Of a stretch of 64,000 nucleotides of DNA, positions 1-13,608 are shown in pieces. The stretch comes from Antedon mediterranea. Lineage: Eukaryota > Animalia > Echinodermata. The notes under the pieces were generated by a model. That model did no database searches. It saw nothing but the letters and a program-made list of their open reading frames with translations, and had not been told where the DNA came from. The stretch lies in the NCBI RefSeq assembly GCF_964355755.1, contig NC_092678.1:21097365-21161364 (forward strand), written 5' to 3'. The position numbers were made by a program, and so were the translations under genes. The stretch's first letter is position 1; every line of letters begins with the position of its first letter.

Positions 1-823
1 AATGAAATATGAAAAAGTCAGGATGAGGTAATGATAGAGAGTAACTACTAACAGTATGTATAAATATTAGACATGACAATATTGTTTTAGCCACATTGTG
101 TCATAAAGTGTGATATCGAATATGATACTGATGACATCATAAAAGAATCAATATTGTCATTGTTATTGTTATTAATTGGTATTGAATTCTATTTACTATG
201 AACTGTAGTGAACTCGGCTGAACTTTTAGAATCAAAATAAAAGAACAACTGTTTGTTATTTTGAAACTACTGTATGTTCGTGATTTGATAATACACAGAA
301 ACTCCTATTGGAGGGACACCTTCAGAACCAAACAAAGTGTCCCCTATATAAGTATATTATTTCCTCTTGTGTCCACTTAATTCATTTCCACTCATCAGGA
401 CGATCAAAGTATTGATCAAAATGTCGAGAAACTCAACAAGTCATTTCAGAACTATCGTGGTGTACCACAAGCTTTATATCAGAATTTATTTCAAAATTAA
501 TATCAGGAAAAATGGTTCAATGTTGTGTATTGTATGTAAGTTGGTATTTTAAGCACTAGTGTTAACGCTTCCACGTTTGGCTATGATGTAACTAAGCCAC
601 TGGCCGCGCTGTTTTTATCATTGAACCATTTAAGTTTTCTGAAAGTTCTGCAGTATTCAAAGAATCCCACACTGTGATCCAACAAGTCGCAGTTAAAATC
701 CCATAAAGTGAGTTTACATATTTATTTGTGGTCAGTGAAGCATAGTGAGATACCATTTAGTTTATTTGTAGATTACAATACATTGTAAATAACTGTAGCC
801 GGCTCACTCACCAAGTTTCTACA

Positions 824-1105
824 TAGTTTACTATGGCTGAAAAAATGCGTATTTGGAAACTCGGACTGGGCATGCGCACACCCCAAAGCACGTCTAGGAA
901 CTGAGAGTTTATGAAAACATTTGCTGATAAATATTGAAATGCATGTAGAGAGTATCATAATCAATCATGAGATGAGCAGCGTTTTTTGTAAGAAATATTT
1001 CTTGTTTACATGTCCTTTTCTACCTGTATGTGGAAATTGCATTGCGGTCAAAGTAACCTTACAGTCTGGCTTGTTCTACATTCAAATGCAAAACAATCAT
1101 TCCAT
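824..1105. repeat. dispersed about 270-bp repeat, second copy at about 3323-3571
   Basis: Shared AGTTTACTATGGCTGAAAAAATG...CAGTCTGGCTTGTTCTACATTCAAATGCAAAACAAT. A short piece also lies at about 23142. Confidence 0.85.
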
Positions 1106-1212
1106 ATTCTCTGTCCAAGTTTCTATCTAAAACAACAATACTGTACCATAATGGAACAATTTGTTTTAGGTAAATGTAAATTTTTTGTGATCAATTGATG
1201 AATAATGAACTG

Positions 1213-2250
1213 CATACATTAGATGTGGATAATGCACACAACATACATTAGATGTGGATAATGCACGCAACATACATTAGATGTGGATAATGCACGCAAC
1301 ATACATTAGATGTGGATAATGCACCCAACATACATTAGATGTGGATAATGCACGCAACATACATTAGATGTGGATAATGCACGCAACATACATTAGATGT
1401 GGATAATGCACCCAACATACATTAGATGTGGATAATGCACCCAACATACATTAGATGTGGATAATACACGCAACATACATTAGATGTGGATAATGCACGC
1501 AACATACATTAGATGTGGATAATGCACCCAACATACATTAGATGTGGATAATGCACACAACATACATTAGATGTGGATAATGCACGCAGCATACATTAGA
1601 TGTGGATAATGCACGCAACATACATTAGATGTGGATAATGCACGCAACATACATTAGATGTGGATAATGCACGCAACATACATTAGATGTGGATAATGCA
1701 CGCAACATACATTAGATGTGGATAATGCACGCAACATACATTAGATGTGGATAATGCACGCAACATACATTAGATGTGGATAATGCACGCAAAATACATT
1801 AGATGTGGATAATGCACGCAACATACATTAGATGTGGATAATGCACGCAACATACATTAGATGTGGATAATGCACGCAACATACATTAGATGTGGATAAT
1901 GCACGCAACATACATTAGATGTGGATAATGCACGCAACATACATTAGATGTGGATAATGCACGCAAAATACATTAGATGTGGATAATGCACGCAAAATAC
2001 ATTAGATGTGGATAATGCACGCAACATACATTAGATGTGGATAATGCACGCAACATACATTAGATGTGGATAATGCACGCAACATACTGTACATTAGATG
2101 TGGATAATGCACGCAACATACATTAGATGTGGATAATGCACGCCACATACTGTACATTAGATGTGGATAATGCACGCAACATACATTAGATGTGGATAAT
2201 GCACGCAACATACTGTACATTAGATGTGGATAATGCACGCAACATACATT
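1213..2250. repeat. 29-bp minisatellite, about 35 copies
   Basis: Unit CATACATTAGATGTGGATAATGCACGCAA. The 3' end alternates 29- and 34-bp units. Confidence 0.97.
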
Positions 2251-2288
2251 TTACCCACATACATTAGAACCTTTCAGGGCCCAACAAT

Positions 2289-2441
2289 GTGTCCCATGAG
2301 TAGGGGTGTCCCATGAGTAGGGGTGTCCCATGAGTAGGGGTGTCCCATAAGTAGGGGTGTCCCATGAGTAGGGGTGTCCCATGAGTAGGGGTGTCCCATG
2401 AGTAGGGGTGTCCCATGAGTAGGGGTGTCCCATGAGTAGGG
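2289..2441. repeat. 17-bp minisatellite, about 9 copies
   Basis: Unit GTCCCATGAGTAGGGGT. Confidence 0.95.
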
Positions 2442-5400
2442 TTGGCCATACTATAGTAAAATTGTCCCTTGTTGGTTTCACAGAAAAGTGTTTACTTAAT
2501 TATTGTACTATTATAATATAGTTCAAGTTGTACATTTGTAAATGATTTGATACAAGAAAACAAATTTACAGTACAAAATATTATATTATATGTCAACCTA
2601 TTTTTAAATGTCAACATAAATAACCATTTCTACAGCATATTCTATGTATGAGGTCACCAGTTGACCTTTCTACTTCATTGATGATATATGAGCAGAGCAT
2701 TCAAGTTCATGGCCTCGCAGGCTAGATTAAAGCTAGTAATCTAATGTATCCCAGGCTAGGAATTCTGCCTACTGTTTGATGTTAACAGCACCCTAATGAC
2801 TTAAGCTAAAAATATGGAAAGAAAAGCTGGTTGGATTTAGGCTAGTCACCTGTTTCTCATTGGTCTATTTGAATGATCACCTGTTTCTCATTGGTCTGTT
2901 TGAATGGTCAAGAAAACAAGATAAAGATTTGTTTTTTGTTGTACTGTAGCTAAGGTGATTGTTTTATTTTGTTTATACTTTGTAGTATACATGTCAATTT
3001 TTGTAGTGGTGTTGGTTCACAGTAGTATGTTAGCCTGTAGTATACTGTGTAGTTTTGTATTGTAGCATAAAGACATGCATTTTGTCTGTGATTGCAGGTA
3101 GTAGTAGAGTAGAATACTGGAAAGATTTGACAGCAGGTTACTATAGTATCCATGCTTACTACAGATAGGATAATATTACAGTTACTCGGATACTGTATAC
3201 ACAGTGTTACTGCACTATCATTAATAATATACTGTAGTAGTTTTTTTTCGCGCTGCTCCTTTAGGCAGTTATAATATTCAAGAGAACAGAATCATTAGGA
3301 AACAGTTACCATGCAGTAGCTTATAGTTTACTATGGCTGAAAAAATGGGTATTTGGAAACTCAACTGGGCATGCACACACCCCAAAGCACGTCTGGAAAA
3401 GAGAGTCTATGAAAACATTTGCTGATAAATATTGAGATGCATGTAGAGAGTATCATGATCAATCATGAGATGAGCAGCGTTTTTTGTAAGAAATATTTCT
3501 TTTCTAATTGGAAATTAATTAATCAAAGTAACATTACAGTCTGGCTTGTTCTACATTCAAATGCAAAACAATTATTTTTTTTATTAGTTTTAATCCAGTA
3601 GGAATGTATTATTATTGCTACGGTAACAAATACATTAAATAATTATACAGAACTGATACCTGTTATTAGGTCAGAGGTGTGTACAGTACATCAGAGATAT
3701 GGCACAATGTATAAATTGATTTCTCCGAAAAATAATTGCGTAATACACACTGCAGGTTAAAAGTAAACAAAAAGTAGTAGTATAGTATTAGTAGTAGTAC
3801 TGCAGTAAATGCTGTAGATAATGTTGACATTGTCCCTAAGATATATTAAAGTGGATATACCTCTTGCATAATTGTGGTATGTTAATCAATGCATAGAGTT
3901 ACGTGTGAATGCCTTAACAGTATGTCCAGATCATACAAATAAAAGCAATAACTCCACGTTAGTTACACCCTATTTTCTATAGGTTAGCGGCCTCTGTGTT
4001 GATTATTAACAGCTCAAATGTGTTGCTTGTTCTAAGCTAGGTTAGCCTTTTGTCCCGAAGCACTGTTGTGTCAAGATCACAGAGACACAGCAAGCACTGG
4101 GTTTGTCTATTGGATGATGAGGCCTATTGTTCCCCTCCTGCCTAGAAATCAATAGAACTCCATGGGACCTCTCTGTTTTGTTTGAATAGATTGTCTAGAT
4201 CACGATGCGCCTATTCATGTATGTGGTGAAAGTACAGTCAGGTTGTAAATTTGCAGTTGATAAGCATGTAGATTTTGTGTTTTAACGGACGGAACTATCG
4301 ATTTGCTGAGGTTAATGTCCAACCAAGAATCTACAACATTTTTACATGTGGTAAGGTATTTAACTTATTCACAACTTTGGAAATATATAGCCTAATGGAT
4401 TAAAGGTATGTTGATAATTGCTAAATGAATAATAATTTCTATTAATTTAGTCAGTCATTTTCAAAGAAAGTACAAACATACAGTTATAGTATTAGTATTA
4501 GCACTCTACAGAATTTAGTAGTCTTACTCAAACCCTCTGATTTCTGTATTCAAGCTCACTACGTGCTTTTCTGTAGCTTCACTTCTTCACTGACCAATAC
4601 ACTTATCTACATTTAAGTTCGAGAAAGGGACTTTATTTGTTAGCCAACTGATGACTCTGAAACCCATTACAGTACGTTCAGTATCCTCTAAAGCTCTGTC
4701 TACACTATCAAACTAGTTTGACAAAAATAGTGTGACGTGCCCAAATATGGTAGTGATATGCCCAAATATGGTAGTGATATGACATCATCATGTCCGTATG
4801 GGCACATCACAGAAAGTTTGATAATGATAGTATGCAAGGTGAACTAACTGTATGTATTGCGTGGCCTCATAACTAAATCCAAAATTGGCTGGTATAAAAT
4901 AAATACTATGTGTTGTACAATATGTATCATGTCCATGGGTCCAGATAATGAAAGATCTTCTTTATTTATTATGTATAAAATATCATTTGAGTATAGGAAC
5001 TCGCACGTTTATTTTCTTTTAAATAAATACTTGCAAGTCATATTAATACACAAATGTTAGGTTATTCAATAGACTGACTATACTTGACAATTAGTATTCG
5101 ATTTGTGTAGATTTCATTAGACCAGTGTCTAACAACAGTCATTGATTGCTGATGGACTACCATAATACTGTAAGGTTAGGTCTTCACAGACATGAAGGTA
5201 TACCTCCATGCACAGACAGTTGGTTGACTCCTGCTTAGACTGGGTTATGCAACAAACTAAAAGGAGTTCATTGACCTTTTCCAGACATGCACCTACTACA
5301 GTAGGTGGTAACTATTTACTATACCCGTGGGTGACTCATTGATAATATTAACACCTTAGGTAACCAATGATTACTATCTATGTACAGTACACTCAAGTCA

Positions 5401-5746
5401 CAGGAAACCGGAACTCTCCCAAAAGTCTTTTTTCTTTAAAATTACAACCATCTTTTAAAAGTTTAGCCCAGTGGGTTAATTTGTCTTATTGTCTCAAATG
5501 TGGTTTTATTCAAAGTATTAGTAAGCAAGTAAATTTAAAAGATAAGACTAGACGTGTTGGACCAATCTCAACCAAATTTCAAGAAATAATGTTACTTTAT
5601 TTTATTTGCTTGTTTTTTTTTTTCTGTCAAACTTGTGTTTGTATTTGTAATTAATTTATGTTAGTAGAATTAGTATTTCTTTTAATTGACTTTCTATTGG
5701 CTATCAAAGTACTAATTTATCTTCAATTGCTAAAATAGTGCAATTA

Positions 5747-6577
5747 CCGTATATTTCGGTGTATAAGTCGCACCTGTGTATAAGACGCACCCCCAACTGA
5801 GAGTAAAATATCGGTATTTTTTATATCGTCGATGTATAAGACGCACCTTATATTTCATCAAAACAATGTTTTTTTAAATTGTAATCAATATTATTGTAAT
5901 AATATATTTTGTTATATCTACAACGGCGTCCTTTATTTAGGTTTTTCCTTACCTAGGCTCGGCCGCGCCCAGCCTCAACAAGTTCTTTTTAACTTGTTAT
6001 TCATGAGTTTCGCCGCAACATCGAGTGCATGACCGTGTGTGTAACACGCACGTGTGTGGGCTAGCCTCGCTCGATTATTTCGAGAGGGCGCACGTTTTCA
6101 CGGACAATCGTATTCGATTAGTATCTATGTATCCGAGAAGTGTGTACGCTAGGTCCATGCTATAATCACCTGGAGAATATACTAGTCGAATACCGTACAC
6201 CATGTGGCCACCAAAAGAAGGGCTTGCGCTTGGGGTACGGCGATCGTGCGTATAACTACTGTATAAATAAATACTATTCCAATCGTACATAAACGTTTAC
6301 AAATGAAATTTTATCGGAGCGCCATAATGAACAAATCTTTTCATCATATTTAGTATAACATCATGCTAAAATGACTTGAAAACTAGGCAGAAGCAGGTTG
6401 CCGTTACGTTAGTTAGTTACTGTAGCTAGGCCTAGCAAACGAGGTGACGATAGCCTAGGCCTAGGCCTATGTACAATCTGTGTGGTGAGGCATTTATGTT
6501 CGGTGTATAAGACGCACCCTTAATTTAGAGGTCAAATTTGCGTGTCAAAAGTGCGACTTATACACCGAAATATACGG
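5747..6577. mobile_element. non-autonomous Tc1/mariner-superfamily (Tc2/pogo-like) element, copy 1
   Basis: Perfect 27-bp TIR CCGTATATTTCGGTGTATAAGTCGCAC, TA on both sides, repeated subterminal TGTATAAGACGCAC motifs, no transposase. Confidence 0.92.
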
Positions 6578-9500
6578 TATATGAGGTGATACAGAATACC
6601 ATACATTAGATGTACTACAAAAAATGAGAGAAGGTTCCAAAACTCTGTTAATATTATCTTTGAAAGAAGTTCTTTAAAGAGAAACAAAAAAACTTATAGA
6701 GATAAAGTACTGTATGTGGTTGAATCAGGTTGAATAAATAGACTATAGGCATACACTCTACATTATTCTGATAATTGTGTGTATCAGTCTAGGCACTGTA
6801 GAATTTAATCTTTGCTTTGATTAAATCATTTTCTGTAGGATATTTGATTTAGAACGACTACAATAGGTGCTCCGCCCGTTGATAGTTGGCGATGATCACC
6901 TTTAATAAATGGTAATCCATGTTAAACTAATACATTTATGCATGTAGCGGCAGACATGCATAATTCATCAGTTGGTATCTAGGTACTGAATGAAAAGACA
7001 ATTACTTGAGTCGCGATTATTTCTTAAGCTCTGTCTACACTATCAAACTTTATGCAACAAAAAAATGTGATGTGACCATAATGGACAATTAGGATGTCAT
7101 ATCACTACCATATTTGGGCATATCACTACCATATTAGGGCACACACACTTGATGAAATTGTTTTCTTTTGTATTACAATTCAATAGCCAGGTCAAACCAA
7201 CCAGCATCTTTTCAATTCAACATAATTGATCAGATAATAGTCTGTATATCCATATTATGTTACATGATTGATACTTATGTTAATTTGAGATACATTGAGT
7301 ACAAATCCAGCTTAACAGTTTAGTCTCTCCCATCTTGTTACGTCTTTCAACAATAGTTGTATTGTTAGTACTTCAGGGGAGGATTCATGGATGCACTTCT
7401 TTCTTTTGTATTAATATTAAATGTTTATTCCCAAGTTAAAAGATATCCTGAATCGGCCTTAACCTACATTCATTTTACGGAAGGGAAGACGTCGCTGTAA
7501 TTTATTTTTGAAAATCATATAAGGAATTGAATTTTGCCGTTTTCCGTTACATGAAACGCACAAGTGTAAATGTAGTGTAGGTAATCAGTAACAGTATATC
7601 TTACTGTACTATACTGCTTGTACTGTTGCGGTGTTTGATTCATTTCCCATTTTTTCATCAACATAATTTATCGTTTGTATGCATCTAGGTACTGTGACGT
7701 GAGATATGTTGATGTGTGTCATTTCATTTAAAGCTAATGATACTAGAGTGCTCTTGGCCTAAATTGATCAGAGTTGAGCTTACCTGGATAAACCAACAAT
7801 AGCTTATTCTACTCTCAAACACAATGGTGTGGTCCAAAAATCACTCTCTCTAATTAAAACATCCAAACACAACATCTTGTCTTATCTCGACATTACATGA
7901 ACAATATCTATAAAAATGGATCAACTCAGAGTGAGTAAAACTTTCCTGGATAACCGAAAATTAACCTACTGTATTCACTTGAGGGGGAAATGGTACAGTC
8001 CACAGACCAGAGATGAGCTTCTGCCATATGATATGATACTAAATGTTGGTAAGGTTAAAGGTTAATTTTAAAATAAATAATTTGTGTATGTTTCAACTGC
8101 CTTAAAGTCTGTAATACCAAGCAATACACACAGTAGTATCAGTAAAGTATGCATTAACTGTTGATTGACCAAGTGCTTGATACATTGGTCAAACAGTGGT
8201 CACTTGACCTTTAGGTTTACATTTCAATTTATAGCAAATGCATACACATTATACACCTGATTAAAGGCACACAAAAATCAGGAAAATCTTATTACAGTAT
8301 CAAATCATAAAGAATAAGATTAACAAATAAAATCGAATGGTCAAATGTTTAGAACATCAGGTATGCCTGAATTAAAACTCGGCCCAGGTGTATCACAACA
8401 ATATAATCGAACTAGCCTTCCTGATTTAAAAAAACGAGTACAATAGTTGTTTTATTTAAGTGAGAAAGATATGTCCGATTTAAAGTTGATATCAAAATGA
8501 TTAGCCTGGCCTTGCGAAGGTATATCACTGCATAGAGTAGCAGCCTATCAGTATCAGATCCAGGCCAGGTGTCAATGTGGTTTGGATAGTTCCTCTATTG
8601 GGTGATAGAGGAAATATTGCAAGGCCTAAAATCCAGCGAATGGAGATCAAAAATATCAAAACGCGCACACACAGGCTCCTTGTCAATTAAAGTGCAAGTT
8701 TAGTCGCTGTTTTTTATCACGCTTTTGTCGTGTCATCTGGATATCAAATTTAAAAGCGTGAAAGTAAAAATGACATAAACATTCAAATACAAGGCAAAAC
8801 TGTTAAAGAGATTAAATATATGACACTGGAATATGGTTAAACGAATCTTAAAAAAACGAATATTTAAAAGTGCTTTTTAACACTCTGATCTTGTAAACGT
8901 GCACAAGGCTTTGTTATACTTTCGTCCTACTGCAATATAGTGCCACATTTCTTGTGGTTTGCGTAACAAAGTGATTGAGGGGGTCACTAGCCCAAAGCGA
9001 GGCTGAAACAGACCAGAATCCTTAGGGTGACCCCTTAATCTATTGAAATAGATCAGAAACCGTAGGGTGACCCTTAATCTACCGAAAAAAATGGTCCGCC
9101 ACCTAAACTATGGCTCAGGAGTACCTTGAACCTTTGGCGTTGTGGCAGTTGTTTTGATTGTGTTCGTGTCGTAACTGCTCGGCCATATATTCTTAAAAGT
9201 TTTACAAGTAGAGTAACTGTAGTTTGGATTCAGTAAAGAAAATTAAACCAAGGAAAAAATAAGCATTTGTTATGTCGATTTACGCAAAAATAAAATTATT
9301 TTTGTCTACAAAACTAAGGCATTTATTTTGTACAGACTTTTACAGTATGCAATTTTCTAGTACAATAACAAATTTTAAAAATTTAATTAAATATTTTCCA
9401 TAAAATAATAATTATGAAAAGTATTAATGATGTGGAACCGTAATTATGTAGCCATAACATCGGTAAGGGTTTGAGGCTCACTCATTCTATGGTTCTCGTG

Positions 9501-11307
9501 GTAGAAACATGTGCATTTTAAAGAACCTGGTACATGTTTTGAGACAAGTAGGGGGTTACCCAGTGTAGTAGTACACACAGCCACTGATCATAACTTGGAC
9601 CTCTGGGAGACTAGTCCTTGAAGAGGTCACCTGTATAAATAAAATGAATAACAAATTATTTACTTGCTACAATGCTATTAGATATTAAATGTTAATTAGT
9701 CATAATTAAATTTTCAATTCATATCAAAATTGTTATTATAATACCATCAATTATTAGATAATACAATTATTCATAGAAGCCAACAGTTATGAGTAAGCAT
9801 TCGTTGGCCCACTGTATTAACCCAACCCAAGCTTGAATGACAGAAAACAATAGACCATGCTGGTAATGGTATAATCATTGATGATGTCATGCTTTTGTTA
9901 TGGTAGAAATACTATTGTTATCATGCTGTGCTGTCATTAGGTGGGTGTCTGTCTAAAGGCTATGTTTAGAATCGACATAGAGGGTTTTAGTGGAAAATGC
10001 AGACAAATGTTGTCTGTATATGGTCAATGTTTTAGAACATACTGAGCAATGTTAGACTTTTTGGCACAAATTATTTGAGAACCATGAATTATTTGAAGTA
10101 CGCAAGCATATCAAGGAGGGTTCAAATTTTCCTGAAATGCGCCCTTTCCAATTAGAGTAGAAGGGGGTTGTAAGTAGGCCTAGCATAGCCCATGACAAAT
10201 CAAAATCTAAGCTTTAAGAACCTGGTACTGTATAATTATAAAATAATTAATTGTAGAGGTGTACTAATAATTTAAAGTTGATTATTTAAAAATAAAAAAT
10301 GTAATAACATAAAAAATAATTCATGACAATGTGAGTACTATCATTATAATAAGACTATTTTACATACTTTTATTAAGTATTACAGTATAGCTATGCTATT
10401 GTACACTAATGGGTTGTATCATTAACCCAGCAAGTAAGATTAAAATACACAAATATAATTTATTTACTTCATTAAGGCTTCTATGAATGGATGACGAGTT
10501 GGGAGCAGGAACGCTAGTAGACCAAACCCAGTACCGTTTTTGATTACGATCAATCGGGAAATTACCTCAAGACAGAATGCTAGTAGACCGAACCCAGTAC
10601 CGTTTTGATTACGATCAATCGGGGAAATTACCTCACGACTATTTTACATACTTTTATTTAATATATTCATCAAATTATTTAGTTCATGTACATTAGTTGC
10701 TATGCTATTGCACTAATGGGTAATTGTATCTTAACCCAGCAAGTAAGATTAAAATATACTAAGTATAATTTATTTACTTTACCTTAATCTTTCCCATTTA
10801 TTAAATGCATCTTTACTTAACAGAATTGTAGGTATTTCCCCCATTTTTTACCGTTGTAAGTTATATTTTAAATGAACTATAATGTAACTAACAAATATAT
10901 TTCAAATTATAACTCCTTGTTTTATTATGAATCCAAAGGCAAATTACTGAAAAAATGACAATGCTGTGGGTATCAGTGGCTGGATCTCAATGGAGATACA
11001 AAAAAAAAGCAAAAAAAGCTAAATCAAAACGATAAGTAAAACAGCCAGAAAAGTTCTAAGCAGAGCTTTTGGGCAACACTAGCCCTTCATCAATGCAAGT
11101 GTCATTGTTTTATTATGGTTACACTTGTTTACTGTACATATGTACTTGAAAACGTAGATGAAGAATCTTCTACTATATTAATAAAAATATAATTACATTA
11201 AAAGTAACATTTGAAAACAGTATGTAAAAACCAATATTGTAGTGTATCAATTCAACTGTTATTTAATACAAATTAATATTTTAAAAATGGATTAAATTAA
11301 ATAATAT

Positions 11308-11558
11308 TAGTCTATATATCGTGCCTAGCTTACCTGGATAAACCGACAAAGAGAGAAATTTGAAAAGTTGTCAGACATGTTTTCTCTTTCATGAAAGAAA
11401 TGATGATTGCGGTTTGTGGGGATGCTCCCAATTGAGGGCATGATTTGTGGAATGTACCATTTATATATTCAAAGAATTCGGGTATATATCTCTCTCTTCG
11501 AAAGGAATATGGCATTTGTCGGTTTATCCAGGTAAGTTAGGCCAGAACTTATAGACTA
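11308..11558. mobile_element. MITE with about 45-bp imperfect TIRs (TAGTCTAT...CTTACCTGGATAAACCGACAAA)
   Basis: Inverted repeats at both ends. Related half-copies at about 7778, 7943 and 14152. No TSD seen. Confidence 0.65.
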
Positions 11559-11724
11559 CCAACACCATTTCTTTTGTGTGTAAAATTATCTTTAATATTA
11601 ATTAGATCATTGTAGAGAAGTTTCATCAGATAATAATTCATTCAGACAGCTAGACAACTATTTTTTATGAAATACAAGTATAAGGATTTACCTTATACAA
11701 GATGATTTGTCCAAGACCAATACA

Positions 11725-12271
11725 AGATGTATTGTCCCTTGAAACACACAAAAAAATGAAGGTCAAAATATTCTAAATTTAAATTGGCCATATCAAAGTA
11801 ATATTAAAGTTATTCACTTTAAGTCGAAAATTCAAGCCAAAAGCAACAAGTTTACATAATTAACAGGTAAATTAGTTTGGTTACATTTGTCTGGAAAATC
11901 GTCGCGAGCGAAAGTAAACAAACATTTCAAACCATGAGTACGCATTATGCATGATGCTAATTAGGATTGTTTACAACTCGTCACGATTGAGAAGGTGTTT
12001 TCACACAGATCGCGAGGAAGTTTTATGATTATGCATACAGAGTAGCCAAACAAGCGCGTTTCATTATGGGATATGTTTTGATCGAAAACTTTGACTGGAA
12101 GTCAAAGTTATTTTTTTAACAAAAAAACCTCTGTATTTCAGTTAAATTATTTTTTTTCGACATATTTTTGGTGATAGTTAATAACTATTATGATACTTCA
12201 AAATGACCCACCTTTTTTCGAAATCTGTTATTTTTTATTTTTTGGGAATTAGTCAAAGGGACAATACATCT
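11725..12271. mobile_element. Kolobok-like MITE, same TIR family as 32149-32420
   Basis: 16-bp TIR AGATGTATTGTCCCTT. TTAA on the right, degenerate on the left. A further decayed copy lies near 49135-49360. Confidence 0.72.
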
Positions 12272-12780
12272 TTAAAATTAATTACCATTATAAATAATCA
12301 TCATCTATATAGTAGATATTTTTTATGTGTCTCTCTGTCTAATTTATTTTGTTGGTATTTAAATTTGAATTAATTAACATGTAAATCATGATTGAATGAC
12401 ATTTAAATCTTCCGCATGTAAAGAATCGTAAAGGGAAAAAATCATAAGCTAAGGAAGGAGTGGGTGGGATAATTTCAATGGCACTTATAATGTACAGGTG
12501 AATAAGATTCTCTTTGCATGTGACATTTTTTTTTGGAGACCTAGTATATAAAAAAGGAAAATTCAATAATGGTCATAATATTGGTAATCATTGCAGAAAA
12601 TTTAAATAAAAATAAATAAAATTCAGCAATATTTTGCCTCATAAAATTGGAGTGTAAGATAAAAAAAAGAAAAACAATAAAATCAATAGTGTATTATTAA
12701 TTAATTTTATTAATGCACCATCATTTTTGTGTCCACACAGACATATTTTTGGACAGACGTTTCTTACTTTTGAATGGTGT

Positions 12781-13608
12781 GCCTTCTCCCAATAGACATC
12801 CCTTCTCCCAATAGACATCCCTTCTCCCAATAGACATCCCTTCTCACAATAGACATCCCTTCTCACAATAGACATCCCTTCTCCCAATAGACACCTCTTC
12901 TCCCAATAGACACCTCTTCTCCCAATAGACACCTCTTATCCCCATAGACACCACTTCTCCCCATAGACACCACTTCTCCCAATAGACACCTCTTCTCCCA
13001 ATAGACACCTCTTCTCCCAATAGACACCTCTTCTCCCAATAGGCACCTCTTCTCCCAATAGACACCTCTTATCCCCATAGACACCACTTCTCTCAATAGA
13101 CATCCCTTCTCTCAATAGACACCACTTCTCCCAACAGACACCTCTTCTCCCAATAGACATCCCTTCTCCCAACAGACACCTCTTCTCTCAATAGACATCC
13201 CTTCTCTCAATAGACACCTCTTCTCCCAATAGACACCTCTTCTCCCAATAGACACCTCTTCTCCCAATAGACACCTCTTCTCCCAATAGACACCTCTTCT
13301 CTCAATAGACACCCCTTCTCCCAATAGACACCACTTCTCCCAATAGACACCTCTTCTCCCAATAGACACCTCTTCTCCCAATAGACACCTCTTCTCCCAA
13401 TAGACATCCCTTCTCTCAATAGACACCTCTTCTCCCAATAGACACCACTTCTCCCAATAGACACCTCTTCTCCCAATAGACACCTCTTCTCCCAATAGAC
13501 ACCTCTTCTCCCAATAGACATCCCTTCTCTCAATAGACACCTCTTCTCCCAATAGACACCTCTTCTCCCAATAGACACCTCTTCTCCCAATAGACACCCT
13601 TCTCTCAT
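12781..13608. repeat. 19-bp minisatellite, about 43 copies
   Basis: Unit CTTCTCCCAATAGACACCT with variants. Accounts for the repetitive minus-strand ORFs. Confidence 0.97.

Noticed and set aside
1213-2250. 29-bp repeat array as a CRISPR array
   Set aside because: Units are head-to-tail with no unique spacers, there are no cas genes, and the context is eukaryotic.
4272-4350. Possible alternative upstream MAGI exon ending TGTG|GTAAGG
   Set aside because: It has a donor-like site and a short open frame compatible with exon 17881, but no ATG in that frame and no PDZ0 similarity. Unsupported without transcripts.
4640-4675. CTGATGA-CTCT-GAAAC as a hammerhead ribozyme core
   Set aside because: Stems I and III could not be formed and the motif is single-copy.
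5832-6290. Short ORFs inside the Tc2/pogo-like element
   Set aside because: No HTH or DDE motifs, and the minus-strand ORF is disrupted in the second copy.
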